Positions 33,390-43,414 of a stretch of 64,000 nucleotides of DNA are shown in pieces. The notes below the pieces were generated by a model that was not told the DNA's origin, made no database searches, and worked only from the letters and a program-made list of their open reading frames with translations. Origin of the DNA: Rhodocyclaceae bacterium. Its GTDB lineage: Bacteria; Pseudomonadota; Gammaproteobacteria; Burkholderiales; Ga0077523. Location: assembly GCA_020248405.1 (NCBI GenBank), contig JADCHQ010000017.1, positions 5,734-69,733 on the forward strand, written 5' to 3'. Every line of letters starts with the position of its first letter. Positions within the stretch are counted from its first letter, which is position 1. The translations under genes were made by a program, and so were the position numbers.

Positions 33390-34004
33390 TCAGTGCGGTG
33401 TGGTGTCGGTCTCGATCCACACCTCGTTGCGGCGCATGAACCAGGGGGTCCAGGGCGGGTCGTAGCGTGCCCAGACCGGTTCGCCGCGGCCGGCCACCGA
33501 CGCGGCAGCCATGGCCTCGCGCAGCTTGCCCAGGTGCTCGCGGTAGCGCTTCTCCGACCACAGCCCTGAATAGCGGATCACCGCCCAGGCGCGCGCGGGC
33601 TCCTCGCGCAGCTCGATGCGGCGGTCCTCGGGCTCGGGCAGGGTGTCCAGGCGCCAGCCGCGCGGCATCACGAAGCGCACGGTGTGGGCGCCGGGGTCGG
33701 CCGAGGCCATGGCCACCGGGGCGGTCATGGCGATCTTCTGCGGGGTCTGGGTGACCGGGGCGGTCATGGGGGCGGTGCGCGCGCCCTTGTTCTTGCCGAA
33801 GATGTAGCCCGCCAGGATGCGAAACCCGGCATTGCCGGCGTCCTCGGCGTTGCCCTGCACCGTGACCTCGGCCACCACTTGGGGTTCGTAGCGGCGGATC
33901 TCGAAGGCAGGGTACTGGCGCAGCACGATGTAGGGCGGTTGTTCCACGGCCATGGCAGCAGGGATGGCAGGCAGCAGGGCGAGCAGCAGGGCGAAGAAGC
34001 GCAT
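33390..34004 (-). CDS. SOUL family heme-binding protein
   Basis: Signal peptide; FEIRRY, GFRILAGYIFGKN, KIAMTAPV, RYDPPWTPWFMRRNEV. Confidence 0.9.
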   Translation of the reverse strand: MRFFALLLALLPAIPAAMAVEQPPYIVLRQYPAFEIRRYEPQVVAEVTVQGNAEDAGNAGFRILAGYIFGKNKGARTAPMTAPVTQTPQKIAMTAPVAMASADPGAHTVRFVMPRGWRLDTLPEPEDRRIELREEPARAWAVIRYSGLWSEKRYREHLGKLREAMAAASVAGRGEPVWARYDPPWTPWFMRRNEVWIETDTTPH

Positions 34005-34075
34005 GAAGGGGTCCGGAAATTGACAATCCTTTACGACAACGGGGGTGCGGGCTGGTGCCGTGGCTGGATGCATGG

Positions 34076-35512
34076 TCAGGCGAATAGTCCCTGAAGGTAC
34101 CAGCGCTCGCCCGGGCCGGGGCCGATCTCCCGGTAAATCCACAAGCGCGCCCGGCTGTTGTCGCGGGCCACGAAGTAGTCGCGGCGCACGTCGCCCTCGT
34201 CCCACCAGCCCGACTCGATGCGCTCGGGGCCGTCGAGCAGCGCGAGCGGGCCGTCCAGCCGCGGGCCCTGGGGCCCCGCGGCGAGCGGGCGCGGCGTGGC
34301 CAGCAGCCACAGCGGGCGCGGTGCGTGGTGCAGGCTGGCGGCGGGGGTGCCCGGCTCGGCCACGCGGTGGGCCAGCTCGGGGCGGTGCTCCGGGACCAGG
34401 GCGAGGCCGTGCACCGCGTCGCGGCCCAGCCGGGCGCGCAGCCGTTCCACCAGCGCGGCGCGGCTTTCGGCCCCGCTGCCGGGTTCGGCCAGGAAGGACA
34501 GGCTGCGGGGCGCGAGCTGGGCGGATTCCTCCAGCGCCAGCCCGAAGGCCTCCACCGGCCCGGGCAGGGCGAGGCGCGACAGGTGTTCGCGGGCAAGCAC
34601 CATGAGATGCGCGGCATCGCGGCTGGGCATGGCCAGTTCCAGGCGCAGGTCCGTGGGCGGGTGGTCTTCGTGCTCGAGCCGCAACTGCAGCCGCGTGGCG
34701 CCCTCCTGGCGGCCGGCCAGGAAGCCGCACAGCTCCGCAGCCAGGCGGCGCAGGCCGAACAGCAGCGGCTCCACCGCGGGCACGGGGGCGGGTAGCACCA
34801 GCCGGTTGTGGAAGCGCGCGGGTGGCACGAAGGGCGCGCGCGGATCGGGCCGGTGGCCCAGGGCGCGGTCGAGACCGTCCAGGAGCGCCTGCCCGAAGCG
34901 CCGTGCCAGGCCCTCACGGGGCAGGCGTAGCACGTCGTCCACGGTGCGTGCGCCCAGGCGGGCGAGGCTGAGGAGGACGGTGGCCTCGGCGTCGAGGCCG
35001 TCCAAGGGCAGCATACGCAGGCGCGATCGCAGGGCAGGCAGCTCGGTCACCAGGCTATCCAGGCCGTTGCGCGCCAGCAGCAAGGCGCCGGCGGGCGTGG
35101 GGGCGCTGGCGAGCGTGGCGTCGAAGCCCAGTTCGGCGAGACCGTCTCGGGCGCGCGCCGCCAGTGCCTCCAGGCCGCCGAACAGCCGCAGGCAGCCGCC
35201 GATTTCCAGCAGCAGCCCGTCCGGCGGCTGCAGGTGCAGGGTGGGCGTGAACTGCTCGGCCCACAGGGCGAGGGATTCGAGGGCCTGCTGCTCGGCGGAC
35301 GGGTCGCGGGTGCGCGTTTCGAGGTCTGGAACGAGCGCCAGCGCTGCCGAGAGCTTCTGCCCGGGCGTGACGCCGTGGCGCGCGGCGGCGGCGTTGGGCA
35401 GCGCCACCGTGCGCCCGTCGCCGGCTACCACCACCGCCGGGCCGGGCAGCGGCGCTGCGCGCTCGAATACATCGAGGGGCAGCCGGGGGAGATGCAGCGC
35501 CAGCCAGAGCAC
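34076..35512 (-). CDS. imuB: Inactive Y-family polymerase ImuB
   Basis: MLWLALHLP, LLLEIGGCLRLFGG, RPLWLL, GPERIESGWWD..RRDYF, WYLQGLFA. Confidence 0.93.
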   Translation of the reverse strand: MLWLALHLPRLPLDVFERAAPLPGPAVVVAGDGRTVALPNAAAARHGVTPGQKLSAALALVPDLETRTRDPSAEQQALESLALWAEQFTPTLHLQPPDGLLLEIGGCLRLFGGLEALAARARDGLAELGFDATLASAPTPAGALLLARNGLDSLVTELPALRSRLRMLPLDGLDAEATVLLSLARLGARTVDDVLRLPREGLARRFGQALLDGLDRALGHRPDPRAPFVPPARFHNRLVLPAPVPAVEPLLFGLRRLAAELCGFLAGRQEGATRLQLRLEHEDHPPTDLRLELAMPSRDAAHLMVLAREHLSRLALPGPVEAFGLALEESAQLAPRSLSFLAEPGSGAESRAALVERLRARLGRDAVHGLALVPEHRPELAHRVAEPGTPAASLHHAPRPLWLLATPRPLAAGPQGPRLDGPLALLDGPERIESGWWDEGDVRRDYFVARDNSRARLWIYREIGPGPGERWYLQGLFA

Positions 35513-35537
35513 CGGGAAACCGCCCTGCGGACCGGGA

Positions 35538-36188
35538 TCAGGCGGCGAGGGTGAGGGTGGTGCCCATGCCGCCGCCGCGCACCTTGAGCAGTCGCAGCCG
35601 CAGCCCGGTGTCGGCGGGCTCGACCTGCAGGCGCAGGGCGGCGAGGGAACTGGAGGTGGCAGCGCCGCTGGTGTAGTGGAAGCCGGCGGCGCGGCCGTTC
35701 TCGGCGGCCAGTTGCAGGCGGCGCAGGGCGCGCTCGCTGACGCGGTTGGGCCAGCCCGCCACGGCGCTGCAGGCGCCCGAGCCCAGCGCCTGTTCCATGG
35801 CCCAGAGGGCGTCGTCGCTCTGGCGGGGGTTCACCACCACCAGGCGCGCCAGGTCCACGCCCGCCAGGGCGAAAGCGGGTGCGTAGGGCAGGTAGGGCGG
35901 CCCCACCAGGACGATCCAGCGGTTTTCCTCGCGGGCAAGGCGGGCCAGGGCAGGCATGAGCAGCGACAGCTCGCCGACGCCCGGGCGGGCGCAGAGCAGC
36001 TCGGTGAGTGCGGCGCGAGGCCAGCCGCCGCCTGGCAGCAAGGCGTCCAGGGCAGTGTGGCCGGTGGGCACGCTGGGCACAGCCACGGCAGCGAGCTCGT
36101 GGCCGCGCCACAGGTGCGTACCCTGCAGCAGGGTGTGCAGCCCGGCGCTCCCGCTTGCGGCCGCCGGCCGGGTTGCGGGCAGGCTCAC
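35538..36188 (-). CDS. imuA: RecA-like translesion synthesis accessory ImuA
   Basis: PTGHTALDALLPGGGWP, GVGELSLL, LWAMEQAL, LRRLQLAAE. Start re-called to GTG 36188. Confidence 0.93.
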   Translation of the reverse strand: MSLPATRPAAASGSAGLHTLLQGTHLWRGHELAAVAVPSVPTGHTALDALLPGGGWPRAALTELLCARPGVGELSLLMPALARLAREENRWIVLVGPPYLPYAPAFALAGVDLARLVVVNPRQSDDALWAMEQALGSGACSAVAGWPNRVSERALRRLQLAAENGRAAGFHYTSGAATSSSLAALRLQVEPADTGLRLRLLKVRGGGMGTTLTLAA

Positions 36189-36195
36189 CGCGGGC

Positions 36196-36567
36196 TCAGG
36201 AGGGCTTGCGGCCCAGGGCGGCGCGGATGGCGGAGAGCACCGCGCGGGTTTCGATGAGCACGTCGCGATCGCCGAAGCGCAGCACGCGATAGCCGCGCGA
36301 CTCGAGGAAGGTGCGCCGCTGCAGGGCGTGGCTGAGGAGCGCAGGGGTGAGATCGCCTTCCAGTTCCACCACCAGCCTGGCTTCGGGGCAGACGAAGTCA
36401 ACCAGGTAGCGGTCTTCCAGCAGGTGCTGGTGGCGGAAGCGCTGCTCGCCAAGCCGGCCGTCGCGCAGGTGGGTCCACAGCAGCCGCTCGGCAGCCTGGC
36501 GCAGTTGCCGGCTGGAGCGGGTGCGGGCGACGGGGGGGTGCATGAAGACTTCGCTGACGGTGCTCAT
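36196..36567 (-). CDS. DUF559 (Vsr-like endonuclease fold) protein
   Basis: AERLLWTHLR, RFRHQH, YLVDFVCPEARLVVELEG, FLESRGYRVLRF. Confidence 0.85.
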   Translation of the reverse strand: MSTVSEVFMHPPVARTRSSRQLRQAAERLLWTHLRDGRLGEQRFRHQHLLEDRYLVDFVCPEARLVVELEGDLTPALLSHALQRRTFLESRGYRVLRFGDRDVLIETRAVLSAIRAALGRKPS

Positions 36568-36609
36568 GGTGATTGCCTCGTGCGACGGACGGGTCGGGCA
36601 GGGTGACGG

Positions 36610-37212
36610 TCAGGACAGGCGGCCGGCGCGGATCAGCCCCACAGCCAGGCCTTCGATGGCGAACCCTTCGTTGCGGGTGTCCACGACGATGGGTTCGAAG
36701 TCGGGGTTTTCGGGCAGCAGCTCCACGCGGCCACCCTGGCGGCGCAGGCGCTTGACCGTGACCTCGTCGTGCACGCGCGCCACCACGATCTGGCCGCTGC
36801 GCGCCTCGGCGGTGCGGTGCACGGCGAGCAGGTCGCCGTCGAGGATGCCAGCATCGCGCATGCTCTGGCCGCGTACCTTGAGCAGGTAGTCAGCGTGCGG
36901 CGAAAACAGCGCCGGGTCCACCTGATGGCGGCCCTGTACGTGCTGCTCGGCGAGGATGGGCTGACCGGCGGCCACCCGGCCGATGACCGCCAGCCCGGGC
37001 GGCTCGGCCAGGCGGATGCCGCGGGCGATGCCGCTGGTGAGCTCGATGGCGCCCTTGCGCTCGAGGGCGCGCAGGTGGTCTTCGGCGGCGTTGGGGGACG
37101 CGAAGCCCAGGGCGCTGCAGATCTCGGCGCGGGTGGGGGGCAGGCCGGTGGCCTCCACGGCGTCGCGGATGAACTGGAGAATTTCGGCCTGGCGATCGGT
37201 GAGTGGGCGCAT
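36610..37212 (-). CDS. lexA: LexA repressor
   Basis: [20 protein letters not shown] cleavage site, GQSM (Ser), VTVKR (Lys). Confidence 0.96.
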   Translation of the reverse strand: MRPLTDRQAEILQFIRDAVEATGLPPTRAEICSALGFASPNAAEDHLRALERKGAIELTSGIARGIRLAEPPGLAVIGRVAAGQPILAEQHVQGRHQVDPALFSPHADYLLKVRGQSMRDAGILDGDLLAVHRTAEARSGQIVVARVHDEVTVKRLRRQGGRVELLPENPDFEPIVVDTRNEGFAIEGLAVGLIRAGRLS

Positions 37213-37334
37213 GGGCTGGAACCTGTGTGACCTGTGCTGTGGCTGCGCGCGGGCCGGGCGCAGCCGCGGGATGCGGCCTTGGACACGTGGCAGGGCGCAC
37301 CCCGCCGCCTGCACCGCGCACGGCCCGCATAGGG

Positions 37335-37366
37335 CTGTCCGGATACACAGGTGTCATTTTGTACAG
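37335..37366. promoter_or_regulatory. Two adjacent SOS (LexA) boxes
   Basis: CTGT-ccggatac-ACAG (37335-37350) and, read on the minus strand, CTGT-acaaaatg-ACAC (37351-37366), upstream of lexA. Confidence 0.85.
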
Positions 37367-37407
37367 TATCCGCGCCGGACGCAAGCCCCCGGCGAGCCCT
37401 CACCCGG

Positions 37408-37875
37408 TCAGTGCAGATCCTCGCCCATGGCCGCCGGCAGGCTCAGCACCTCGATGCCTTCCTCGCGCAGGGCTTCGGCTTCATCCCGGGAGGCCTGGCC
37501 ACGGATCGAACGGCGCGCCGATTCGCCGTAGTGGATGCGCCGCGCTTCCTCGGGAAATCGCTCGCCCACGTTCTCGGCGTTTTCCAGAATCTTGCGAAAA
37601 GCCTGCAGCAGGTCGGCTCCGGCGGGCGAGAAGGCCGCCACGTGCCCCGGGTCTTGTTCGGTGCCCTGCGCGGGGCTCTGGGCCGGCGGCGCGGCGCGCT
37701 CGCCGCGCCCGTGCCGCGCCACGTGCAGCCCGGCCGGTGCCTTTCGCAATTCGCCGCTGCCGCACACCGGGCACACCAGCATGGGGGTGCCGGCCTGGCG
37801 CTCGAAATCCTCGGTGGAACTGAACCACGCCTCGAAGCGGTGTTCCTGGTCACAAAGCAGGTCGAAAACAATCAC
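37408..37875 (-). CDS. DUF1178 family protein
   Basis: MIVFDLLC..HRFEAWF, CPVCG, VGERFPEEARRIHYGE. Confidence 0.88.
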   Translation of the reverse strand: MIVFDLLCDQEHRFEAWFSSTEDFERQAGTPMLVCPVCGSGELRKAPAGLHVARHGRGERAAPPAQSPAQGTEQDPGHVAAFSPAGADLLQAFRKILENAENVGERFPEEARRIHYGESARRSIRGQASRDEAEALREEGIEVLSLPAAMGEDLH

Positions 37876-38906
37876 GGTGTCGATCTTTCAGCGAAATTTG
37901 TTGGCGCGGATGGCTGTTCCGGAGCCGCGAGACACATCTCCAGGCCCTGTTCCAGGGTCTCGCGGGGCAGCCGCACTCCAATGAAGACCACCGTGCTGGC
38001 GCGCGGTTCGTCCGCCGCCCAGGGTGTTCCCGGGGTCAGGGTGCGCTCCCGGTGCACGCCCTGCAGCACGGTCCTGCAATCCTGGTCCTTCAGATGGAGA
38101 ATACCCTTGATGCGCAGCAGGTCCGGACCGTACCAGTCGGTGATGGTCCTGAGGAAGAATTCCAGGCGCTCGGCGTCGAAGGGCTGCTCGGCGCGGAATA
38201 CGAAGGAACCCACCGCCTGGGTGTGGGCCGCCGGCTGGGTGTAGCGCGGGAAGCCCGGGTGCAGCTTCAGCGCCGCGCTGGCCTCGAAGCCGCCCACATC
38301 GAGCACCAGCTCGGCGCCGATGCTGCCGAGGCACACCCGGTACAACGGCGCGGCGGGGTTACGGTCCATGAGCGCGGCGGCCAGCGCGTCCAGCTGCTCC
38401 GGTTCGGCCAGGTCGGTCTTGGTGATGACCAGGCGATCGGCGAAGCCCACTTGCTGCTCGGCCTCGGGATGGCGGGCGAGCTGCCCGGCGCCGTGTATGC
38501 CGTCCACCAGCGTCACCACGCCGTCCAGCCGGTAGTCGGCGGCCACCGTCTCTTCCAGCAGAAAGGTCTGGATCACCGGCGCGGGCAGGGCGAGCCCGGT
38601 GGTCTCCACCACCACCTGGTCGAAGCGCCGGCGGCCTTCGCGGCGGTCGGCGGCCAGTTCGCAGAGAATGCGCCGCAGGTCGCCGCGCACGGTGCAGCAC
38701 AGGCAACCGTTGCTGGCCTCCACGATCTCCTCGCCGGGCTGGCGCACCAGCAGCTCGGCGTCCACGCCCGCTTCGCCGAACTCGTTCTCGATCACCGCCA
38801 GACGGCGCCCGTGGGGTGCCGCCAGGAGATGGTTGAGCAGGGTGGTCTTGCCGCTACCCAGGAATCCGGTGAGCAGGGTGACAGGAACCCGGGAGGCGGT
38901 ATTCAT
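37872..38906 (-). CDS. COG0523/CobW-family G3E GTPase metallochaperone
   Basis: GFLGSGKTT, ENEFG, GCLCC, ETTGLA, ITKTD, C-terminal RIKG..QGVH. Confidence 0.92.
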   Translation of the reverse strand: MNTASRVPVTLLTGFLGSGKTTLLNHLLAAPHGRRLAVIENEFGEAGVDAELLVRQPGEEIVEASNGCLCCTVRGDLRRILCELAADRREGRRRFDQVVVETTGLALPAPVIQTFLLEETVAADYRLDGVVTLVDGIHGAGQLARHPEAEQQVGFADRLVITKTDLAEPEQLDALAAALMDRNPAAPLYRVCLGSIGAELVLDVGGFEASAALKLHPGFPRYTQPAAHTQAVGSFVFRAEQPFDAERLEFFLRTITDWYGPDLLRIKGILHLKDQDCRTVLQGVHRERTLTPGTPWAADEPRASTVVFIGVRLPRETLEQGLEMCLAAPEQPSAPTNFAERSTP

Positions 38907-38942
38907 GCCCCGGATTCTAACCGGGGCCGTCCGGCCCCCTCT

Positions 38943-39101
38943 TCAGGGTAGGCGCAACCCGAAGGCGGCGGCGCGCTGCTCCGCGCGCAGCAGGCGGCTT
39001 TCCACGTCGGCCGATGTCACGGCGCCCGCGAGCCATTGCGGTTCGGTGGCGTTGCTTCCATCCGGTTGGGGCGCCATAAGGGTTCGTAACCAGTTCAACA
39101 T
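38943..39101 (-). CDS. Small protein, DUF3563-like
   Basis: GGAG RBS before ATG 39101; WLAGAVTSADVESRL resembles the DUF3563 pattern as recalled. Confidence 0.5.
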   Translation of the reverse strand: MLNWLRTLMAPQPDGSNATEPQWLAGAVTSADVESRLLRAEQRAAAFGLRLP

Positions 39102-39341
39102 GCTTGTCTCCAGTAATTGCTGCAATGCAATATGCGGTAGCTATTCATGAAGTAAAAGGCTTGATGTGGAAGCGGACTTTTTCCGAATGGGCATGGTGCG
39201 ACGCACCCACAGCCCGCACGCCGGGCAGCATGGCATCACGGTGCCTTCGCTCCCGTGCCCATCCGGTCCGCCCGGGCGTGGAGTACACTCGCGGCGCTCT
39301 GCGACGCACTCCATCCATCTCCATCTTCGAGGACTTCGTAC

Positions 39342-39839
39342 ATGAACCGATTCCGCGCCACGCTGCTCGCCGCCGGCCTGGCCGCCGCCGTGGCGTTGCC
39401 GGGCAGCATGTCCCACGCAGGCCCCGCCGTGGATGCCCATGGCTTCGTCAGGGTGCTGCCCGGCACCGAGCAGTGGGAGGATTACCCGGGCATCGAGGGC
39501 ATCAAGATCATGGTGCTGGAGGGCGACCTGAAGCGCGCCGGTCCCTACATGATCCGGGTGAAGTTTTCCCCCGGCACCATGAGCATGCCGCACTTCCATC
39601 CCGAAGACCGGCTGTGCACGGTCATCAAGGGTACCTGGTGGTCTGGCACCGGGCTCACCTTCCAGCCCGAGAACACCGAGCCGCTGCCCGCGGGCAGCTA
39701 CATGAAGCATCCGGCCGGCGAGGTCCACTACGACGGCGCCAAGGACGAGGAGGTGATCGTGCAGATCGCCGGCGTCGGGCCATCGGGCGCCACCTTCATC
39801 CATCCCGAGCTGGGCAAGACGGGCCGCTCGCTGCCCTGA
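39342..39839 (+). CDS. Secreted cupin domain protein
   Basis: Signal peptide; PHFHPEDR and HPAGEVHY cupin motifs. Confidence 0.85.
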   Translation: MNRFRATLLAAGLAAAVALPGSMSHAGPAVDAHGFVRVLPGTEQWEDYPGIEGIKIMVLEGDLKRAGPYMIRVKFSPGTMSMPHFHPEDRLCTVIKGTWWSGTGLTFQPENTEPLPAGSYMKHPAGEVHYDGAKDEEVIVQIAGVGPSGATFIHPELGKTGRSLP

Positions 39840-39872
39840 AACGGGCTGCAACAGCAGCGGCTTCTTTCGCCA

Positions 39873-39894
39873 GCGGCAGCCTACGGGCTGCCGC
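39873..39894 (+). terminator. Hairpin with cUACGg tetraloop after the cupin gene
   Basis: gcggcagcc-tacg-ggctgccgc; weak U-tract. Confidence 0.45.
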
Positions 39895-39944
39895 GACGTT
39901 TCCCCCCGGGGCCGCGGCGCCCCCAACACCCCAGGAGTCCCGCC

Positions 39945-41621
39945 TTGCTGTCCGACATCGAGATTGCCCAGCGTGCCACCCTGAAACCCATCGCCGCCCT
40001 GGCCCAGGAGCGTCTCGGCATCCCGGAAGACAGCCTGGAGCCCTACGGGCGCCACAAGGCCAAGGTATCGCTCGACTACCTGGACAGCCTTCACGATAGG
40101 CCCGACGGACGGCTGGTGCTGGTGACGGCCATCAGCCCCACGCCTGCCGGCGAGGGCAAGACCACCACCACCGTGGGCTTGGGCGACGCCCTCAACCGCA
40201 TTGGCCGCAAGGCCGTGATCTGCCTGCGCGAGCCCTCGCTTGGCCCGGTGTTCGGCATCAAGGGCGGCGCCGCCGGCGGCGGCCACGCCCAGGTGGTGCC
40301 CATGGAGGACATCAACCTGCACTTCACCGGCGACTTCAACGCCATCCAGCTCGCCAACAACCTGCTCGCTGCGCTGCTGGACAACCATATCCACCACGGC
40401 AACGAGCTGGGGCTCGACCCGCGCCGCATCACCTGGAAGCGGGTGCTGGACATGAACGACCGGGCGCTGCGCGACATCGTGGTGTCCCTGGGCGGCCTGG
40501 CCAACGGTTTCCCGCGCCAGGACGCCTTCGACATCGTGGTGGCCTCGGAGGTCATGGCCATCTTCTGCCTGGCCAGTTCGTTGCGCGACCTGCGCGAGCG
40601 CCTCGGCAACATCGTGGTGGGCTACACCCGCGACCAGACCCCCGTGCGCGCCCGCGACCTGCAGGCCCACGGCGCCATGACGGTGCTGCTCAAGGACGCG
40701 CTCGCCCCCAACCTGGTGCAGACCCTGGAGAACAATCCCGCCTTCATCCACGGCGGACCCTTCGCCAACATCGCCCACGGCTGCAACTCCGTCATTGCCA
40801 CCCGCGCGGCCCTCAAGCTGGGCGATTACGTGGTCACCGAGGCCGGCTTCGGCGCCGACCTGGGCGCGGAGAAGTTCATCGACATCAAGTGCCGCAAATC
40901 CGGCCTACGGCCTTCCGCCTGCGTGATCGTGGCCACCGTGCGGGCGCTCAAGTACCACGGCGGGGTCGAACTCAAGGCCCTGGGCTGCGAGAACCTCGAG
41001 GCCCTGCAGGCGGGCCTTGCCAACCTGGAGCGCCACGTGCGCAACGTGCGCGAGGTGTACGGCCTGCCCTGCGTGGTGTCGGTGAACCACTTCTCCCAGG
41101 ACACCGCCGCCGAGCACGCGCTGATCGAGGCCCGCATGGGCGCCCTGGGCGTGCCGGTGGTTATCGCGCGGCACTGGGCCGAGGGCGGCAAGGGCGCGGA
41201 GGATCTGGCGCACGCCGTGGTGCGGCTGGCCGAAAGCGGCGCTCCTTCCGTGAAATACGTCTATGAGGATTCCGCGCCCTTGTGGGAGAAGGTCAAGGCC
41301 GTGGCGACGCGGGTCTACGGGGCGGCGGACATCAGTGCCGACGCCAAGGTGCGCGGCCAGATACAGCGGCTGCAGGACGAGGGCTACGGCGCCTATCCGG
41401 TGTGCATCGCCAAGACCCAGTATTCCTTCTCCACCGATGCCAGCGCCCGGGGCGCCCCCTCGGGCCATGTGGTGAACATCCGCGAGGTGCGGCTCGCGGC
41501 GGGCGCCGAGTTCATCGTGGTGGTGTGCGGCGACATCATGACCATGCCGGGCCTGCCCAAGGTGCCGGCGGCAAGCCGCATCGATCTCGACGCCGATGGC
41601 CGGGTGGTGGGGCTGTTCTAG
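39945..41621 (+). CDS. fhs: Formate--tetrahydrofolate ligase
   Basis: [38 protein letters not shown]; TTG start with AGGAG RBS. Confidence 0.97.
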   Translation: MLSDIEIAQRATLKPIAALAQERLGIPEDSLEPYGRHKAKVSLDYLDSLHDRPDGRLVLVTAISPTPAGEGKTTTTVGLGDALNRIGRKAVICLREPSLGPVFGIKGGAAGGGHAQVVPMEDINLHFTGDFNAIQLANNLLAALLDNHIHHGNELGLDPRRITWKRVLDMNDRALRDIVVSLGGLANGFPRQDAFDIVVASEVMAIFCLASSLRDLRERLGNIVVGYTRDQTPVRARDLQAHGAMTVLLKDALAPNLVQTLENNPAFIHGGPFANIAHGCNSVIATRAALKLGDYVVTEAGFGADLGAEKFIDIKCRKSGLRPSACVIVATVRALKYHGGVELKALGCENLEALQAGLANLERHVRNVREVYGLPCVVSVNHFSQDTAAEHALIEARMGALGVPVVIARHWAEGGKGAEDLAHAVVRLAESGAPSVKYVYEDSAPLWEKVKAVATRVYGAADISADAKVRGQIQRLQDEGYGAYPVCIAKTQYSFSTDASARGAPSGHVVNIREVRLAAGAEFIVVVCGDIMTMPGLPKVPAASRIDLDADGRVVGLF

Positions 41622-41786
41622 ACCGCTTCCCGCGCCGGCCGGACATGGGGTACCGGCTTGCGTTTGCAGCGTCACGGCTTGTCCGTATACTCCGTTGACG
41701 TCGGGTGCGGCAGGGCCGCGGTCGCCGAGGCAATGCAACCCAACGCTTGTCGCGCACCCGCCAACCGGGAGCACAAGTCCGTGGCG

Positions 41787-42344
41787 ATGATCCTCGCCCT
41801 CGACATGTCGGGCCAGCCCAGCCGCTGGATCATGATCGAGGAAGCCATCACCTACCAGGCGCGCCGCATGGTGGCCTGGTCGCTGGGCGACGTGGTGGCC
41901 ACCTACCACGGCGGCGTTTCCCGCCTCACCGGCGAGCGCTCGGAACTTTCCACCCACAGCATCATCGCCGTGAAGGGCAACGCCGAGGCGGTGCGCGACC
42001 ACCACGCCGAGCCGTACCTTACCAACGGCGCGCTGTTTGCCCGTGACCGCCACCTGTGCGGCTACTGCGGCGGCCGGTTCCGAGAGCGGGACCTTTCGCG
42101 CGACCACGTGGTGCCGGTGCACCGCGGCGGCCGCGACCGCTGGATGAACGTGGTCACCGCCTGCCGCGCCTGCAACATTCGCAAGGGCGGCCGCACCCCC
42201 GAGGGCGCGCACATGCCGCTGCTCTACGCCCCCTACGTGCCCAACCGCCACGAGCATCTCATCCTGCAGAACCGCAGGATCCTGCACGACCAGATGGAGT
42301 ATCTGCTCGCCAGGGTGCCGCGGCACAGCCGCCTGTTCGCCTGA
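41787..42344 (+). CDS. HNH endonuclease family protein
   Basis: RDRHLCGYCG, SRDHVVP, NVVTACRACNIRKG. Confidence 0.9.
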   Translation: MILALDMSGQPSRWIMIEEAITYQARRMVAWSLGDVVATYHGGVSRLTGERSELSTHSIIAVKGNAEAVRDHHAEPYLTNGALFARDRHLCGYCGGRFRERDLSRDHVVPVHRGGRDRWMNVVTACRACNIRKGGRTPEGAHMPLLYAPYVPNRHEHLILQNRRILHDQMEYLLARVPRHSRLFA

Positions 42345-42355
42345 GGATTTCCGCC

Positions 42356-43204
42356 GTGCGCCCTCGCCACACTGCAGCCCTGGTCATCGCCGCCGCCGTG
42401 CTGGCGGGTTGCCAGACCAACCCCGTCACCGGCCGCAAGCAGTTCATCGTGGTGTCCGAGGACCAGGCCATCGCCTCCTCCCGAAGCGCCTACGTGCAGA
42501 TGCTCACGCCCTACCAGGACAAGGGCAAGCTCGACAACGACCCGGTGGTCACCGCGCGCATCGTCGGCATCACCGAGCGCCTGATTCCCCATGCCATCGC
42601 CTACCGGCCCGAAACCAAGGACTGGCAGTGGAGCGTGAAGGTGATCGACGACCCGAAGACCGTGAACGCCTGGTGCATGGCCGGCGGCAAGATGGCCTTC
42701 TACACGGGCCTGATCACGGCGCTCAAGCCCAGCGACGACGAGATCGCCCAGGTGATGGGCCACGAGATCGCCCATGCGCTGGCCAAGCATCAGGCCGAGA
42801 AGATGTCCCGTGCCCTGGCCACCACCGTGGGGGTGAGCGCCGTGGCCATCCTCAGCGACCGGCGCTACGCGGGGGTGGCGGCGGCAGGCACCGCGGTTGC
42901 GGCCAAGCTTGCCCTCGACCTGCCCAACAGCCGCGAAGCGGAGACTGAGGCCGACCGCATCGGCATCGAACTCGCTGCCAAGGCCGGTTACGACCCGCGC
43001 TCGGCGGTCACCCTGTGGGAGAAGATGGGCAAGGCGTCGGGCGGATCGGGCAAGAGCGATTTCTTCTCCACCCACCCGTCGCCCGACAAGCGCATGGAGG
43101 CCCTGGCGGCGCTGGTGCCCCAGATGGACCCGTATTTCCGCAGCGACGCGCCGCGGCCGGTGTTCAAGCTCCACCCGGAACCGCTCAAGCCCGCGGGCAA
43201 GTAG
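42356..43204 (+). CDS. M48 family metallopeptidase lipoprotein
   Basis: LAGC lipobox, HEIAH, ETEAD, STHP. Confidence 0.9.
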   Translation: MRPRHTAALVIAAAVLAGCQTNPVTGRKQFIVVSEDQAIASSRSAYVQMLTPYQDKGKLDNDPVVTARIVGITERLIPHAIAYRPETKDWQWSVKVIDDPKTVNAWCMAGGKMAFYTGLITALKPSDDEIAQVMGHEIAHALAKHQAEKMSRALATTVGVSAVAILSDRRYAGVAAAGTAVAAKLALDLPNSREAETEADRIGIELAAKAGYDPRSAVTLWEKMGKASGGSGKSDFFSTHPSPDKRMEALAALVPQMDPYFRSDAPRPVFKLHPEPLKPAGK

Positions 43205-43414
43205 CGGGGCGCCCGCGCCGTTGCGGTGCACCCGGCTGGGTCGCGTACACTGCCCGGGCTCAAACCCGCTTAACTTCAGGGTTTTGGCTTGCTTGCCTCG
43301 GCTCGGGCAGGCAGCTAGGATCGACAGCTTGCCGCGCTGCATTCGGTTCGTGATGCCAGCGACCATCCCGGTATGCGCTCTGCCCGTCACCTCAACGAAA
43401 GAGGACTCACTCCC

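Noticed and set aside
33710-33772. Short repeat encoding MTAPV twice in the SOUL gene
   Set aside because: A normal feature of bacterial SOUL proteins, not a DNA repeat element.
39840-39944. Possible ZTP or THF riboswitch upstream of fhs
   Set aside because: Conserved GACUGGCG / GCCUGGGC elements are absent; only a simple hairpin is present.
41787-42344. HNH nuclease as a defence system or mobile element
   Set aside because: Stand-alone gene among housekeeping genes; no methylase, ATPase, repeats or intron context.
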